The notes: generated by a model not told the origin, from the letters alone. A stretch of DNA of 64,000 nucleotides from Candidatus Poribacteria bacterium (GCA_965222225.1 CBDCTK010000002.1:3360001-3424000); one strand, 5' to 3'. Shown: positions 51,248 to 61,508, numbered from the stretch's first letter. Made by a program: numbers and translations.

Positions 51248-52636
51248 CTAATACAACTGTTCAACAAACCGACGCAACTGGAGTTCCAGCTCCCTGCCTA
51301 TTTCCGGGTGTTTATCCACAAGGTTGTTCAGTTCGTATAGATCTGTCTTTCGATTATAGAGTTCTGTTTTTGGCGGCGTTTCCAAACTGCCGACAAGCGT
51401 GCAGGAGATTGCGCCAAGCGTGCCCGGCATGCTCTGCTCAATCTTGGGAAGGGTTGGCAGCCACCAGATATAACTCCAATCGGGCGTGCGTATACTCCAC
51501 GATTTCAGGTAGAAGCCGGTGTAGGCATAATCCCGAATTGTTTCGATTTGGCCGGACATGATTGGAATTAGACTTTGGCCGTGCATGTGCTCTGGCCCGC
51601 CGATATCCAAGAAATCTAGAGTAGTCGGCATAATATCCGGCGGTTGCGCGAATGCTGACCGACGTTGACCGCTGCCGATTCCCTCAGGATGTCTAATCAT
51701 CAACGGAATATGCACAAGTTCCTCGTAGGGCCAAGGGCGTGCTTTTCGCATGATGCCATGCCCCCACTTGCCTTCGCCTAGCGGTTCGCCGTGGTCGGAC
51801 ATAAAGACAATCAATGTGTTATCGAACATCCCGAGTTCGCGTAACCGGTCTAGGAAGATACCCATCCATTTGTCCACCAATGAGATTTCGCCAGCGTATA
51901 GTGCTTGAACACATTTTAGGTCTTCCTCTGTGAGATACCCCTCCACCTCACCCGGGATTGGGTGAATGAGTTCTTTGCCGTTGTAGTCGGGCTGATACAT
52001 CCGATTGAAGGGCTCCGGCGGGTCCCAAGGTTCATGCGGATCAAAGCAGTCCATCCACAGAAATAGACCATCCTTCTTGGGTTGATGCTCAATCCAATGC
52101 AGAGATGATTTGACAACCTGCGCGATAAAGTGGTCTTCATCACTCTTCCAGTGCGATCGATTTCGCAGATATTGTTCGAGCTGGTCGCGAACGTTTGCAC
52201 TTGCTCCTATGTCGCCGCTTGATTTGTGATACGCGTCCACATCAACTTGAATCGTCCCGTCAAGAATATGTGGGTCACCCTCCTGCCCCCGGATGAAGTG
52301 GACGTAGTCGAAACCGCGCTCAAACGCCATCTGCGGCTTGTGCATGTGGTAGGTATCGGTAATCAAAGCCGAAGTGTAACCCGAACTCCAGAGTACCTCC
52401 GCTAAGAGAACATCGTCGTGCTCAAGACGTTGCCAGCCCCGAAAAGGAAAGGTATAACGTCCGGTGAACAGCGAGGTACGCGTTGGGATGGTTGGCAATC
52501 CTTCCGAAAAAGCCATATCGAAGACACAGCTTTCCGCTGCAAATCGATCGAGATTTGGCGTCTGAATCCACTCGTTGCCGTAGCAACCGAAATGGTCGAC
52601 ACGCCAACTGTCAGCCATGATGATGATAACGTTCAT
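51248..52636 (-). CDS. Sulfatase-like hydrolase (alkaline phosphatase superfamily)
   Basis: IIMADSWR.DH.G.YG...TPNLD, PTIPTRTSLFTGRY, FDPHEPWDPP, SDHG, ELY....D..E..N; likely ATG at 52636. Confidence 0.88.
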   Translation of the reverse strand: MNVIIIMADSWRVDHFGCYGNEWIQTPNLDRFAAESCVFDMAFSEGLPTIPTRTSLFTGRYTFPFRGWQRLEHDDVLLAEVLWSSGYTSALITDTYHMHKPQMAFERGFDYVHFIRGQEGDPHILDGTIQVDVDAYHKSSGDIGASANVRDQLEQYLRNRSHWKSDEDHFIAQVVKSSLHWIEHQPKKDGLFLWMDCFDPHEPWDPPEPFNRMYQPDYNGKELIHPIPGEVEGYLTEEDLKCVQALYAGEISLVDKWMGIFLDRLRELGMFDNTLIVFMSDHGEPLGEGKWGHGIMRKARPWPYEELVHIPLMIRHPEGIGSGQRRSAFAQPPDIMPTTLDFLDIGGPEHMHGQSLIPIMSGQIETIRDYAYTGFYLKSWSIRTPDWSYIWWLPTLPKIEQSMPGTLGAISCTLVGSLETPPKTELYNRKTDLYELNNLVDKHPEIGRELELQLRRFVEQLY

Positions 52637-52778
52637 AGTTTTGAATTTAGATTTGGTAAGCGTTGAGTGATACCAATTCACATTCGATTCGGTATCGTTT
52701 GGGGGGGAATCGGTGACAGCCATCCCATGGATAGGAAAACACACCGATAGGCTTAGGTTGAATTGGAATTACAAGTTT

Positions 52779-53729
52779 CTAGTTGGGTGGTGGGTCGCTG
52801 AGGAGGTATCTCTTCCCGCCATTCAGAAGGGAGGCCTTCGCATAGGTGAGAATCTTGGCAACTTCGAGCTGTTCATCGTAAGACACCGGCATGTTGCCTG
52901 TGCGAAACATTTCGATTGCCGCTCTCACTGTGCGGATATGGAAATGCTCCTCCGCGAAGTCGGGATCGTCGGGCAGAATAGAGAATCGAGCTACACCGCC
53001 GCTGCCGAAAAGGCTGAAGTGGAATCCGTAAGCCATTTGCAGGGAGCGGAAGCACACCGTTCTCTCGCCTTCGTAGCCAACGACAACAACGTGTCGCGTC
53101 TCTCCGCCCAAATGCTCTACCCATTGGGCGCCGGCCCCAACCAATGACGTCAACGGATCGATTACGTGCACGCCGTAGAAGAAAAGCCAAGCCAATGGTC
53201 CTGCGCCATCAGCGGCAATAATGTCACCCAAGTCGGCTATGCGAGCCTTCTGGTCTAATACAGCCTGCGTAAACCGAATCCCGGAGCAGCAGAGCACGGG
53301 TGTGTTCTTATTCCGCGCTAGGGAGACAATGTCTTCAGACTGCTGCGCCGAGTGGCTGAGCGGCTTGTCTAGAAAGACCGGAGTGCCAGCCGCAATATAG
53401 GGCTCCGCCCAAGAGGCATTCCGATCCGCCCACTCTTCACACCCATCGTCACTTGAGATAACAGCATCCACCTGTCCCACAGCCTCGTCCGGCCGATCAA
53501 GAACACCCGGGATCTTAAGCGCTTGGGCAATAACCCGTGTTCGATCGGGGTCAGGCGTCCAAAGCGCAACTACTTTGGCATCCTCGCATAGCTGCCCAGC
53601 GGCAGGTGCAATAAACTTTATACCTGCGGCCTCTGCACGCTCCGGGGTACATCCGTTAATAATCTGGCTAAAATTGACTCCGTGGCTCCAGTCGTACTTG
53701 GCGGCGGTCAACGCTGCAATTCTAATCAT
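52779..53729 (-). CDS. Gfo/Idh/MocA-like oxidoreductase
   Basis: SHG..FS..IN, PVFLDKPL, CSGIRF, FYGVH. Confidence 0.75.
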   Translation of the reverse strand: MIRIAALTAAKYDWSHGVNFSQIINGCTPERAEAAGIKFIAPAAGQLCEDAKVVALWTPDPDRTRVIAQALKIPGVLDRPDEAVGQVDAVISSDDGCEEWADRNASWAEPYIAAGTPVFLDKPLSHSAQQSEDIVSLARNKNTPVLCCSGIRFTQAVLDQKARIADLGDIIAADGAGPLAWLFFYGVHVIDPLTSLVGAGAQWVEHLGGETRHVVVVGYEGERTVCFRSLQMAYGFHFSLFGSGGVARFSILPDDPDFAEEHFHIRTVRAAIEMFRTGNMPVSYDEQLEVAKILTYAKASLLNGGKRYLLSDPPPN

Positions 53730-53943
53730 CGGTAAAGACTCCTTCTAGGCTTGAAACGTATGACGAGAGCACAGTTGCTAGGAAGTTGACGGCTGAAAAT
53801 AATAACGGCAAACAGAGATTTCCCCATACGTGTGACAGGAGTTGCCGAGTAGCGTTCAATACACCAAAGACAGAACGAAAAATTCCGCCTTCAACTGCAA
53901 TACGTCGTCGGGAATCTTCTCTTGGATTGTCGGCCCCGTCGGG

Positions 53944-54174
53944 TTATGCAAAAACTGCGACCGCCACCGGGCGTTTAATCCGCTCAATTTCGTGAAGTGT
54001 TTGTGCGGTCAGATAGCTTTCACCACAATGGGAGCAACTCTGCATCGGTATCCTTTCAATGACAAGAGGTGATTCGCCTTTCCCATAACTCCGTGAAATG
54101 TACCGCCGGCACACACCAGCATGCCCACAAACATCACACATCATGGTTTGATTCTTTGTTGCTTTATTCGACAT
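53944..54174 (-). CDS. YgiT/MqsA-type zinc-finger protein (no adjacent toxin seen)
   Basis: CDVC...SRSYGKG...VIERIP...CSHCGESYLT. Confidence 0.75.
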   Translation of the reverse strand: MSNKATKNQTMMCDVCGHAGVCRRYISRSYGKGESPLVIERIPMQSCSHCGESYLTAQTLHEIERIKRPVAVAVFA

Positions 54175-54249
54175 AGACGCTGCGGTAACGATGCCGACTT
54201 TCCCATCAACTCGTTGATGGCATTACGGATAATGAAATTGACGCTTGAC

Positions 54250-55008
54250 TCACTTGCTTTGCTTGATTGTCCCCCAGGTCGTCGTGAGTTTGTCCAATGG
54301 CGAAACCGCAAAAATCACCTGCTTGAGTCCCTCGTTGACGATACGGCTCACCTCCACCGCTCTCAGTACACGGTCAAAAAGTGCCACTTCGTCAATGATG
54401 CCCCTGTACCTTCCGTTGTGCCCTGCAGCGATGGTTGTATGTGCTTCCTCACCCTTACTCCCCGGGATTTTCTTGTTTAGCCTCTTTTCCGCTGCGATTC
54501 GCCCATCAAGATACAGTTTCGCAATTGTTCCATCGTACGTCGCGGCGACATGATGCCATTCCTTTAGCGGAACCACATCAACTGAATCAATGACCGGATT
54601 GCCCGGCCCCAAGCCAAAACGAACCGCGCCCTCCTTGCCGGCATCGGCAGAGAGTACTGCGAAACGAAAGCTGTCGGCGCGCTGAAAAAAGGTGCCTTCA
54701 ATACCGGCCTGCGCCTTGTATTTTTCTACATATATCCACGCCACAATGGTGAGCTCGCTCGTTGGATTCAAACTCTCGTCGGTCCCGAGATTGAGCTGAT
54801 CGTCTTCACCGTCAAATCGCAGTGCATTGCCCGATTTGCCCGGCACCCATTTCTCGCCGCCGTGGTATGATCCATCGTTACCGTTGCCCGAGGCGTCCTT
54901 GGTTACAACATTGCCTCTTCCTTCATCACAGTACCATATCCCTCGAGCGTTTTCGGGGTTGAATGCGGAAGTGGCTTGTCCCGTGGACAGTAGTTCTGGC
55001 ACAATCAA
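54250..55008 (-). CDS. LamG-like jellyroll protein, N-terminus possibly truncated
   Basis: DEG.G....DASGNGNDG, W..GK.G.AL.FDG, WHHVAATYDG, GIIDEVALF, C-terminal AVSPLDKLTTTWGTIK; no clear ATG or signal peptide. Confidence 0.8.
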   Translation of the reverse strand: MIVPELLSTGQATSAFNPENARGIWYCDEGRGNVVTKDASGNGNDGSYHGGEKWVPGKSGNALRFDGEDDQLNLGTDESLNPTSELTIVAWIYVEKYKAQAGIEGTFFQRADSFRFAVLSADAGKEGAVRFGLGPGNPVIDSVDVVPLKEWHHVAATYDGTIAKLYLDGRIAAEKRLNKKIPGSKGEEAHTTIAAGHNGRYRGIIDEVALFDRVLRAVEVSRIVNEGLKQVIFAVSPLDKLTTTWGTIKQSK

Positions 55009-55047
55009 ACTCGCAAATATTAATGATGCCCGCTAATCGATCGGGAT

Positions 55048-55881
55048 TTAGGATTCAAATTTCTGCAGTGAACACAGATAATCTGCACTTATCTGCGCCG
55101 CTTCGGCTGGCGCCATGATCTCGGCGAGCGCCTGGTGGACGGTCACATATCCGTCGTAGCCAACCGTTTGCAAAGCGTCGAAGACTTCACGCCAGTTCAC
55201 TCCGCGTGGATCGTGGAGCGGAATGTGGTCGAAATGGATTACCCCGCGAACCCATGTTTCGATGTTCGCTCTGCCTTCGGGATTCGGCAGATAATTCTGG
55301 AGGTAAACATTAAACAGATATGGCTTGAAGGCATTGAGCGCCTCCACACCGTATGCTTGACCACACATGCGCAGATTCGCAGGCTCATAAATGATACCGA
55401 AATTCGCGCGATCAATGCGGCGCAACACATCCACCGAACCTTCAATCGTCTCGAACAAACTTGCAACGTGGCATTGATGAGCCAGACGTATGCCTCGCTC
55501 CGCAGCTTCATCAGATGCGCGCTGCGCCCAAGGGATGTCTTCCTCTTTCTTCATGCAGATCCGCATCAGGTCACAGGGGAACGCTTCGGCAAGGTCAAGG
55601 TAGGGTGTGATGTTTCGCAGAGCGTCGGGCCCTTGCTCGAAATTCTCCGGGATGGCGAAGTCACCGGTGACCATTGAGACGTTTAGATTCAAGTGGTCGA
55701 GAATTTGGCGCACCTCTGCGACACGTTCCTTTGGCGACTGAATGCCGGCAACAGATGCTCGCATACAGATTGCATGATAGCCGTTGTCCCTCGCTAGTTG
55801 TGCCAGGTCTTCAAACGGTACGATAGACTCCTCTTTCTTGAAGAACGCTTCCGCAATCCGTGCGGAGAGTGAAAGTTTCAT
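55048..55881 (-). CDS. Sugar phosphate isomerase/epimerase (xylose isomerase-like TIM barrel)
   Basis: RLAHQCH..SLFET, NFGIIYEPANL, GYDGYVTVH. Confidence 0.8.
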   Translation of the reverse strand: MKLSLSARIAEAFFKKEESIVPFEDLAQLARDNGYHAICMRASVAGIQSPKERVAEVRQILDHLNLNVSMVTGDFAIPENFEQGPDALRNITPYLDLAEAFPCDLMRICMKKEEDIPWAQRASDEAAERGIRLAHQCHVASLFETIEGSVDVLRRIDRANFGIIYEPANLRMCGQAYGVEALNAFKPYLFNVYLQNYLPNPEGRANIETWVRGVIHFDHIPLHDPRGVNWREVFDALQTVGYDGYVTVHQALAEIMAPAEAAQISADYLCSLQKFES

Positions 55882-55904
55882 GTGCGATGCTCCTATCGGT
55901 CTTG

Positions 55905-56867
55905 TTACAGCCCAAAAGCGGTGTGGAAAGTGCCTTCCGTGCGCTGAAGCCTCATTAGCTCAATCGATCGGCACACTCCCGCTTTCACGTCAAATCGAGG
56001 CTTGAATCCCAGCTCATTTTCCACCGCTTCTGCTTGACAGTTCCAATCAATATTGGTTCGTCCAGGAAGTAAGTTAATTTGGGCTGAAGGGATAAGATCT
56101 TTGACGCAGTCCGCCGTGTACCGCATCGATTGGTAATCGCCGGGACAGTTGACAGATCTGCCTTCAAATTTGCCGGATTCGCTGGCGAGAACGGTTAACT
56201 CCGCAGCGTCCTCCACATACTGCCACGTATAAATTTCATCGCCGCACGGTGATTCAAACGGACAACCGCGTAGCGATGAGTCGATGAGGTGACTTCAGAA
56301 CACGCCGTTTCCTCGGAGTCTGCCCGCTCCATAGACAAACATGTAGCGCAAACCCACCGAATCCACCCGGAACTGTTTGTAGTAGTGACGAGCGAGGAAT
56401 TCTGCGTATGACTTCGACGCGCCGTAGACATTTTGAGGAAGGTGATCCGATGAATCTGTAACAGGCCCTTCATAACACCCAACGGGGCCAAACACCGCCA
56501 CGGAACTTGCCCAAACCACCCGCTCAATCTCGCACAGACGCGCCGCTTCAAGGACATTCACCATTGCCAGACAAATATCCTTCACAGCTACTGAAGGAAA
56601 CGGTTCAGTCACGGGATCGAGCGGAGAAGCTATGTGAATTATCTTCTCAATTCGGTTGTCTTTTACGGCACCGAGGAGACGATGAAAATCGCTTATTGAG
56701 CCGGAGATGATCTGTGCCTCTGACAACGTCCGAGAGTCAAGCAGCAGAGAAAGGGTATTGCCATGCAGGTGGGAATCGTAGACAAAAGGTTCATGTCCAC
56801 GCTTGAGCAATTCGTGGACGGTATAAGCGCCGATAAAACCACCGCCGCCCGTGACAAGGTAGCGCAT
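55905..56867 (-). pseudogene. NAD-dependent epimerase/dehydratase with in-frame TGA at 56295-56297
   Basis: LVTGGGGFIG, ASS.AVFG, YGASK; reading continues in frame after the stop to WQYVEDAA...ELGFKP.F. Confidence 0.82.
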
Positions 56868-57383
56868 TGTTGTATCTACCCTTGTTAGTTGTGGGGAAGG
56901 GTCCTAGCAAACCAAAATCTAGATATTGCGCAGGTGGAGGACGTATCGCAACACGGTGTCTTGCTTCTCGATCAGTTCACCACAGACTGCGGTGCAAAAG
57001 GCTTCTTTATGCAAACCGTGCTGTTTCGCGCCTTATCGCCACCCCAGATCTCACCCCTAACGAGTAGCCTTGGAACATACGCAACATAATTATAACTCTA
57101 GCACGATCAACGTTTTCTGTCAATGAAAATTAGCTCTCGATTCATCGTAGAGGACGGCCGCTGTGCCTTCCCATGCCGGTGATTTCACAATTCTCCCATC
57201 ACGTTTCCTGTCCTTCCATCCTTCCCCTCTTCCATCCTTCCCTCTTCGTAGTAGGACAATTCATTGCACGCCCTGACGTTCTTTTCTCACTTCTAATAGC
57301 GAATTCATCAGGCAATCAGGTATCATAGTTTCTGCAACCGGAACGGAAACTATGCCAATGCGCTCATCCGCTATAGCGAAAAC

Positions 57384-58490
57384 ATGGAGATATTCATGCA
57401 AGACCAAATGAAAATCGGAATCATCGGCTGTGGCAATATTAGCAGGGCATACTTTAGTGGCGCCCAGAACACGGACGCCTTGGAAATCAAATCCTGCGCC
57501 GACATTCGCATGGAAGCCGCCCAAGCGGCGGGGGGCAAGTGGGGATGCCAAGCGGTCAGCGTGGACGACCTCTTAGCTGACGAAGAAATTGAACTCGTCA
57601 TAAACTTGACCGTTCCAAAGGCGCATGTAGAGGTGGCGATTGCGGTGTTGGAATCGGGCAAGCACGTTTACAGCGAAAAGCCGTTCGGTGTGAACATCGA
57701 AAGTGGTCGGCAACTCCTCGCTAAAGCGGCTGAAACCAAGTTGCGCGTCGGTAATGCCCCGGACACCTTCTTCGGGGCTGGCATTCAGACTTCGCGGAAG
57801 GTGGTTGACGAAGGTGGAGTCGGAAAGCCCATCGCGGGCACGGCATTCATGTGCAGCCACGGTCCCGAGAGCTGGCACCCCAACTCCGTGTTCTATTATG
57901 ACATCGGCGGCGGTCCAATGCTCGACATGGGCCCCTACTACGTGACTGCGCTGGTCAACCTCCTCGGCTCCGTCAAACGTGTCGCTGCCGTGACCACGAA
58001 GGCGTTTGAAGAAAGAGTGGCAACCAGCGAAACCGCTTATGGCTTGCGCATTCCCGTGAACACGACCACACACCTGACCGGGGCGCTTGAGTTTGTAAGC
58101 GGTGCCGTCATCACAATGATTATGAGTTTTGATATGTGGAGGCATTGCCTACCGTGCATTGAGCTCTACGGCGAGACCGGCTCCATACAAGTGCCCGACC
58201 CGAACGGATTTGCAGGCCCAGTGCTTCTCGCCGAGAATCATGACGATTGGTCCGAAGTCCCGCACGCATTTCCGGCAAATGCTCGTACGTTTGGCGTAAT
58301 CGACATGGTTCGTGCGATTCGCTCCGGACGGCCGCACCGCGCTAGCGGCGCTCTGGCTTACCATGTTCTGGAAGTCATGCTCGCATTTGACAAGTCGTCA
58401 GAGTCGGGAGTGCATGTCGAAATTCAGAGCACGGTCGAACGGCCCGCACCCCTACCGCTGGGACTTGACGAGTGGAAGGTGGAAGACTGA
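57384..58490 (+). CDS. Gfo/Idh/MocA oxidoreductase
   Basis: IGIIGCGNIS, GKHVYSEKP, APDTF.G, GGGPMLDMGPYY. Confidence 0.92.
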   Translation: MEIFMQDQMKIGIIGCGNISRAYFSGAQNTDALEIKSCADIRMEAAQAAGGKWGCQAVSVDDLLADEEIELVINLTVPKAHVEVAIAVLESGKHVYSEKPFGVNIESGRQLLAKAAETKLRVGNAPDTFFGAGIQTSRKVVDEGGVGKPIAGTAFMCSHGPESWHPNSVFYYDIGGGPMLDMGPYYVTALVNLLGSVKRVAAVTTKAFEERVATSETAYGLRIPVNTTTHLTGALEFVSGAVITMIMSFDMWRHCLPCIELYGETGSIQVPDPNGFAGPVLLAENHDDWSEVPHAFPANARTFGVIDMVRAIRSGRPHRASGALAYHVLEVMLAFDKSSESGVHVEIQSTVERPAPLPLGLDEWKVED

Positions 58491-58815
58491 GAGATTTTCG
58501 GTGGGAGAGAATCGAAAAACGGGAACGATAACGCTCGTCCACGTAAGCAACTTTACCTTTTGACAGAGGCCACGGTGCACCAGGGCCATCCGCGCCTTCT
58601 GGATTGCCAAATCCAGCATATTTAGTATTTACGTAACTGAAAACCCAAAGGTTCACTGTAGGATAGCTTATTTTCTGTCTTGACGCTACGATCTGTGTAG
58701 GAGCGATCTCCTGGTCGCGACCGCCTATTCTTGGCAGGCCAAGATGCCCTGCCTACCGTCGTGACCTCCAGTTGCTGCGTAAGTTCTAATATCTTTATCT
58801 AATCTGTGGGTTGGG

Positions 58816-58887
58816 ATCAAGCGAGTGGACAACGATCAAGCGAACGGATAGTGAGCGCGATAGCAAATCCCGTGCGATAGAAATCCC
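58816..58887 (+). repeat. Double-nested GA-hairpin elements inside a GTTGGG...AACCCAAC REP-like hairpin
   Basis: Outer starts 58816, inner 58835-58871, outer 3' half GTGCGATAGAAATCCC 58872-58887. Confidence 0.88.
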
Positions 58888-58947
58888 ATAGAACACAGTG
58901 GAACCCAACTCCAACTTGAATACGACAACTTCCTTAAAGGCAATACA

Positions 58948-59790
58948 ATGAATCAGGGTCTCAAAGCGCAATGGCAGGAAGAATTCGATGAGGCAGACGT
59001 ACAGACCGTTAGACAGATGCTCGCCCAAGAGCCACAATTGGTTAATGTGCGGGTTAGGCGCAGCAATCAAGCCGTACCGCAATGGGGACCATTATTCGTT
59101 GCCAGCGTCAAGCTCAATAGTCTTGACAAGGTCAAAGCCCTTGTCGAAGCGGGGGCGAACATAAACAACAGTGAGCTTGGCACGCACTGGCCCAGTACCG
59201 ATTACGAAATCAACCGGTACTTCATTGAATGTGGTATTGATGTAAACCAGCCGAGTTATCTGGGGTTCCACGCCATCGGCGTTACAGGATTAGATTCCAT
59301 TCTGCTGATGATGAAAAACGGTCTCGATCCCAACTTCACTTGGGGCTACATTGGACAGACGATGTTGCATCTGCAAGCGTTGCATGATGCCGACAAAGAG
59401 TTGGCGTGTACCTTTATGTTGATTCGGGCGGGGGCAAATGTCAACGCGCAAGCGCTGACCGGTTTGGATGACGAACCGATTATGGAGAACGAGCACGGTA
59501 TCCGGTACGGTCGAGAGACCCCGCTTCACTCCGCCGCCCGGTCCGGCAGTAAGCTACAAGTGCGACTTCTACTTGATCACGGGGCGGACGCCTCGCTTAA
59601 AACAGTCAGCCGAATAGTCGAGCCGAAAAAACTCACCGAGTGGACCGAGGGGGTTACATCCTTCCTCTGGCCCATGACCGAGTTCAAACGAGTGCTGTTT
59701 GAGCCGTATGCCGGCGAAACGCCGTTGGAGATGGCAATCCGTTACGGCCATCATGAGGTGGCGGCAATCCTTGACGAGAGAACAGGTTGA
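58948..59790 (+). CDS. Ankyrin repeat protein
   Basis: ALVEAGANIN, ETPLHSAA...LLLDHGAD, GETPLEMA. Confidence 0.85.
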   Translation: MNQGLKAQWQEEFDEADVQTVRQMLAQEPQLVNVRVRRSNQAVPQWGPLFVASVKLNSLDKVKALVEAGANINNSELGTHWPSTDYEINRYFIECGIDVNQPSYLGFHAIGVTGLDSILLMMKNGLDPNFTWGYIGQTMLHLQALHDADKELACTFMLIRAGANVNAQALTGLDDEPIMENEHGIRYGRETPLHSAARSGSKLQVRLLLDHGADASLKTVSRIVEPKKLTEWTEGVTSFLWPMTEFKRVLFEPYAGETPLEMAIRYGHHEVAAILDERTG

Positions 59791-59884
59791 ATCTGGCTTG
59801 TGTCAGGTGCGATCTGCTATCGCCAAGTAGGACTCAGTCCGGTACTGTCTTCGACCGATGCTCAAGAAAAGAGGATTTCAATCA

Positions 59885-61483
59885 ATGCAGAAACCATTGT
59901 ATCTTGACACGGATGAACCACTTGACGGCGATCTGGATGTTGGTGGGCGTGGCAACGACGTATGGAGGATATGCGAAAGCGCGTACACGGGAGACGTTAA
60001 AACCGTACAAGAACTGATAAACCGCGACCCAAAATTGGTTTCTTATGAATACATAACCAGCCCGGTAGGCTTTGCCGTCGCCGCGGGAAACACGGAAGTT
60101 GCCAGAACCCTGTTGAGTCATGGCGCCAGTCCGTGCGCCTCTCTTCACGAGCATTCGCTTCTGAGAGTTGCCGAAATCCGGGGGTATTCTGAGATCCATC
60201 AACTCCTACTAAACACACTGAAATCCCGATTCGACTACTCGGAAAACCAGCGCTCCATGACCGAACTGTTTCAAGCAATCACGGCGTTGGATTCTAACCG
60301 AATCAGTGAGCTTCTCAAGGGGCAACCACAACTGGGAACGGAGGCAACTCTATCAGGTGATACCGCTCTGCACCATGTAGCGTCCCTCTCCACCGAGAAC
60401 GTGAAAGAAATCGTCGATCTACTGCTTAGGTATGGTGCACGACTCGATGCGCGCAATGGAGGCGAACAAACGCCCATTGACGTGGGGATGGATGGCGGGA
60501 AATCCAAGTTGGTTCGTTATTTTCTCGAAAAACATCCGGTCAACCACATCACAATTGCCGCCTTTGAAGGAGACTTAGACAGAGTAGAGGCCTCGCTGAA
60601 AGCGGATCCATCGCAAGCAAACGCGCTCAGCCCTGCGGGACAACGTCCGCTGTCTCTCGCTGCGAAAGGGGGTTATCTAACCGTTGCCAAATCCCTGCTT
60701 GAAGCCGGCGCTCAGATTGAGGCACCAGAACGAAAAGCGCGGCACGGGATGGCGCTGGCAGAAGCCGTCTCCGGCAACCACTATGAGATAGCGGAGTTGC
60801 TTCTTGAGCACGGAGCTAATCCAAACCATCAACCTCTGACGCTTCACGCCAATGACGACAAGATGGTTGCGCTGCTTTATCGCTATGGCGCCTACGTATC
60901 GTTCTGGGATCGATGTGGCGGAGACGATATTGAAATCGTGTCGTCAATGTTGAACATGAACCCTGCAATGGCACGGTGTGAAGCGCCAATTTTGCTTGGT
61001 CGTTCGCGAGGTGATAATCCGCTTACGACGGGCGGCAAAAACTTGGACATTATTCGACTGCTGCTCCGTTACGGCGCTCAACTACAACCCACAAGTAATT
61101 GGTGCAACAGCTATATGTGGAATGACTACGACAAAGCGCAGTTGCTGTTAGATTACGGAGCCAGCCCGGACATGCAAACAATGACGGGCGTACGTCCACT
61201 CCATTTTCTGGCGACGGAAGTGTGGGACGCCCAAAAACCGAGCACCGCCGAACTATTGCTCAAGCGTGGTGTAGAGGTCGATTCGGTTGAGGAACTTTCG
61301 GGGGCAACCCCACTCGGTTGGGCGTCAAGCTGCGGAGATACAGAGTTTATGGAACTCCTAATAGACCACGGCGCCGACGTGAATCCCCCGACACAACCGT
61401 GGTCAAACCCTTTAGCGTTAGCTGAGCAAAATAGCCAGAAAAACGCAATTATGCTACTAAAGCGTCATGGAGCAAGAGTCTGA
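59885..61483 (+). CDS. Ankyrin repeat protein
   Basis: GDTALH, GQRPLSLAA, LLLEHGANPN, GATPLGWA...LLIDHGADVN. Confidence 0.9.
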   Translation: MQKPLYLDTDEPLDGDLDVGGRGNDVWRICESAYTGDVKTVQELINRDPKLVSYEYITSPVGFAVAAGNTEVARTLLSHGASPCASLHEHSLLRVAEIRGYSEIHQLLLNTLKSRFDYSENQRSMTELFQAITALDSNRISELLKGQPQLGTEATLSGDTALHHVASLSTENVKEIVDLLLRYGARLDARNGGEQTPIDVGMDGGKSKLVRYFLEKHPVNHITIAAFEGDLDRVEASLKADPSQANALSPAGQRPLSLAAKGGYLTVAKSLLEAGAQIEAPERKARHGMALAEAVSGNHYEIAELLLEHGANPNHQPLTLHANDDKMVALLYRYGAYVSFWDRCGGDDIEIVSSMLNMNPAMARCEAPILLGRSRGDNPLTTGGKNLDIIRLLLRYGAQLQPTSNWCNSYMWNDYDKAQLLLDYGASPDMQTMTGVRPLHFLATEVWDAQKPSTAELLLKRGVEVDSVEELSGATPLGWASSCGDTEFMELLIDHGADVNPPTQPWSNPLALAEQNSQKNAIMLLKRHGARV

Positions 61484-61508
61484 TTCCGCATTGAGCAGGT
61501 TTATATTG

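Noticed and set aside
56280-56310. Selenocysteine or TGA recoding in the epimerase
   Set aside because: TGA is used as a normal stop in many genes here, the position is not a known catalytic Cys, and the other internal stops are TAA; a point mutation or error is simpler.
59808-59825. Possible minus-strand copy of the 36-nt element (GATCTGCTATCGCC)
   Set aside because: Only the tail resembles the element; the GA-stem part is absent and it reads as a small GCGAT...ATCGC palindrome.
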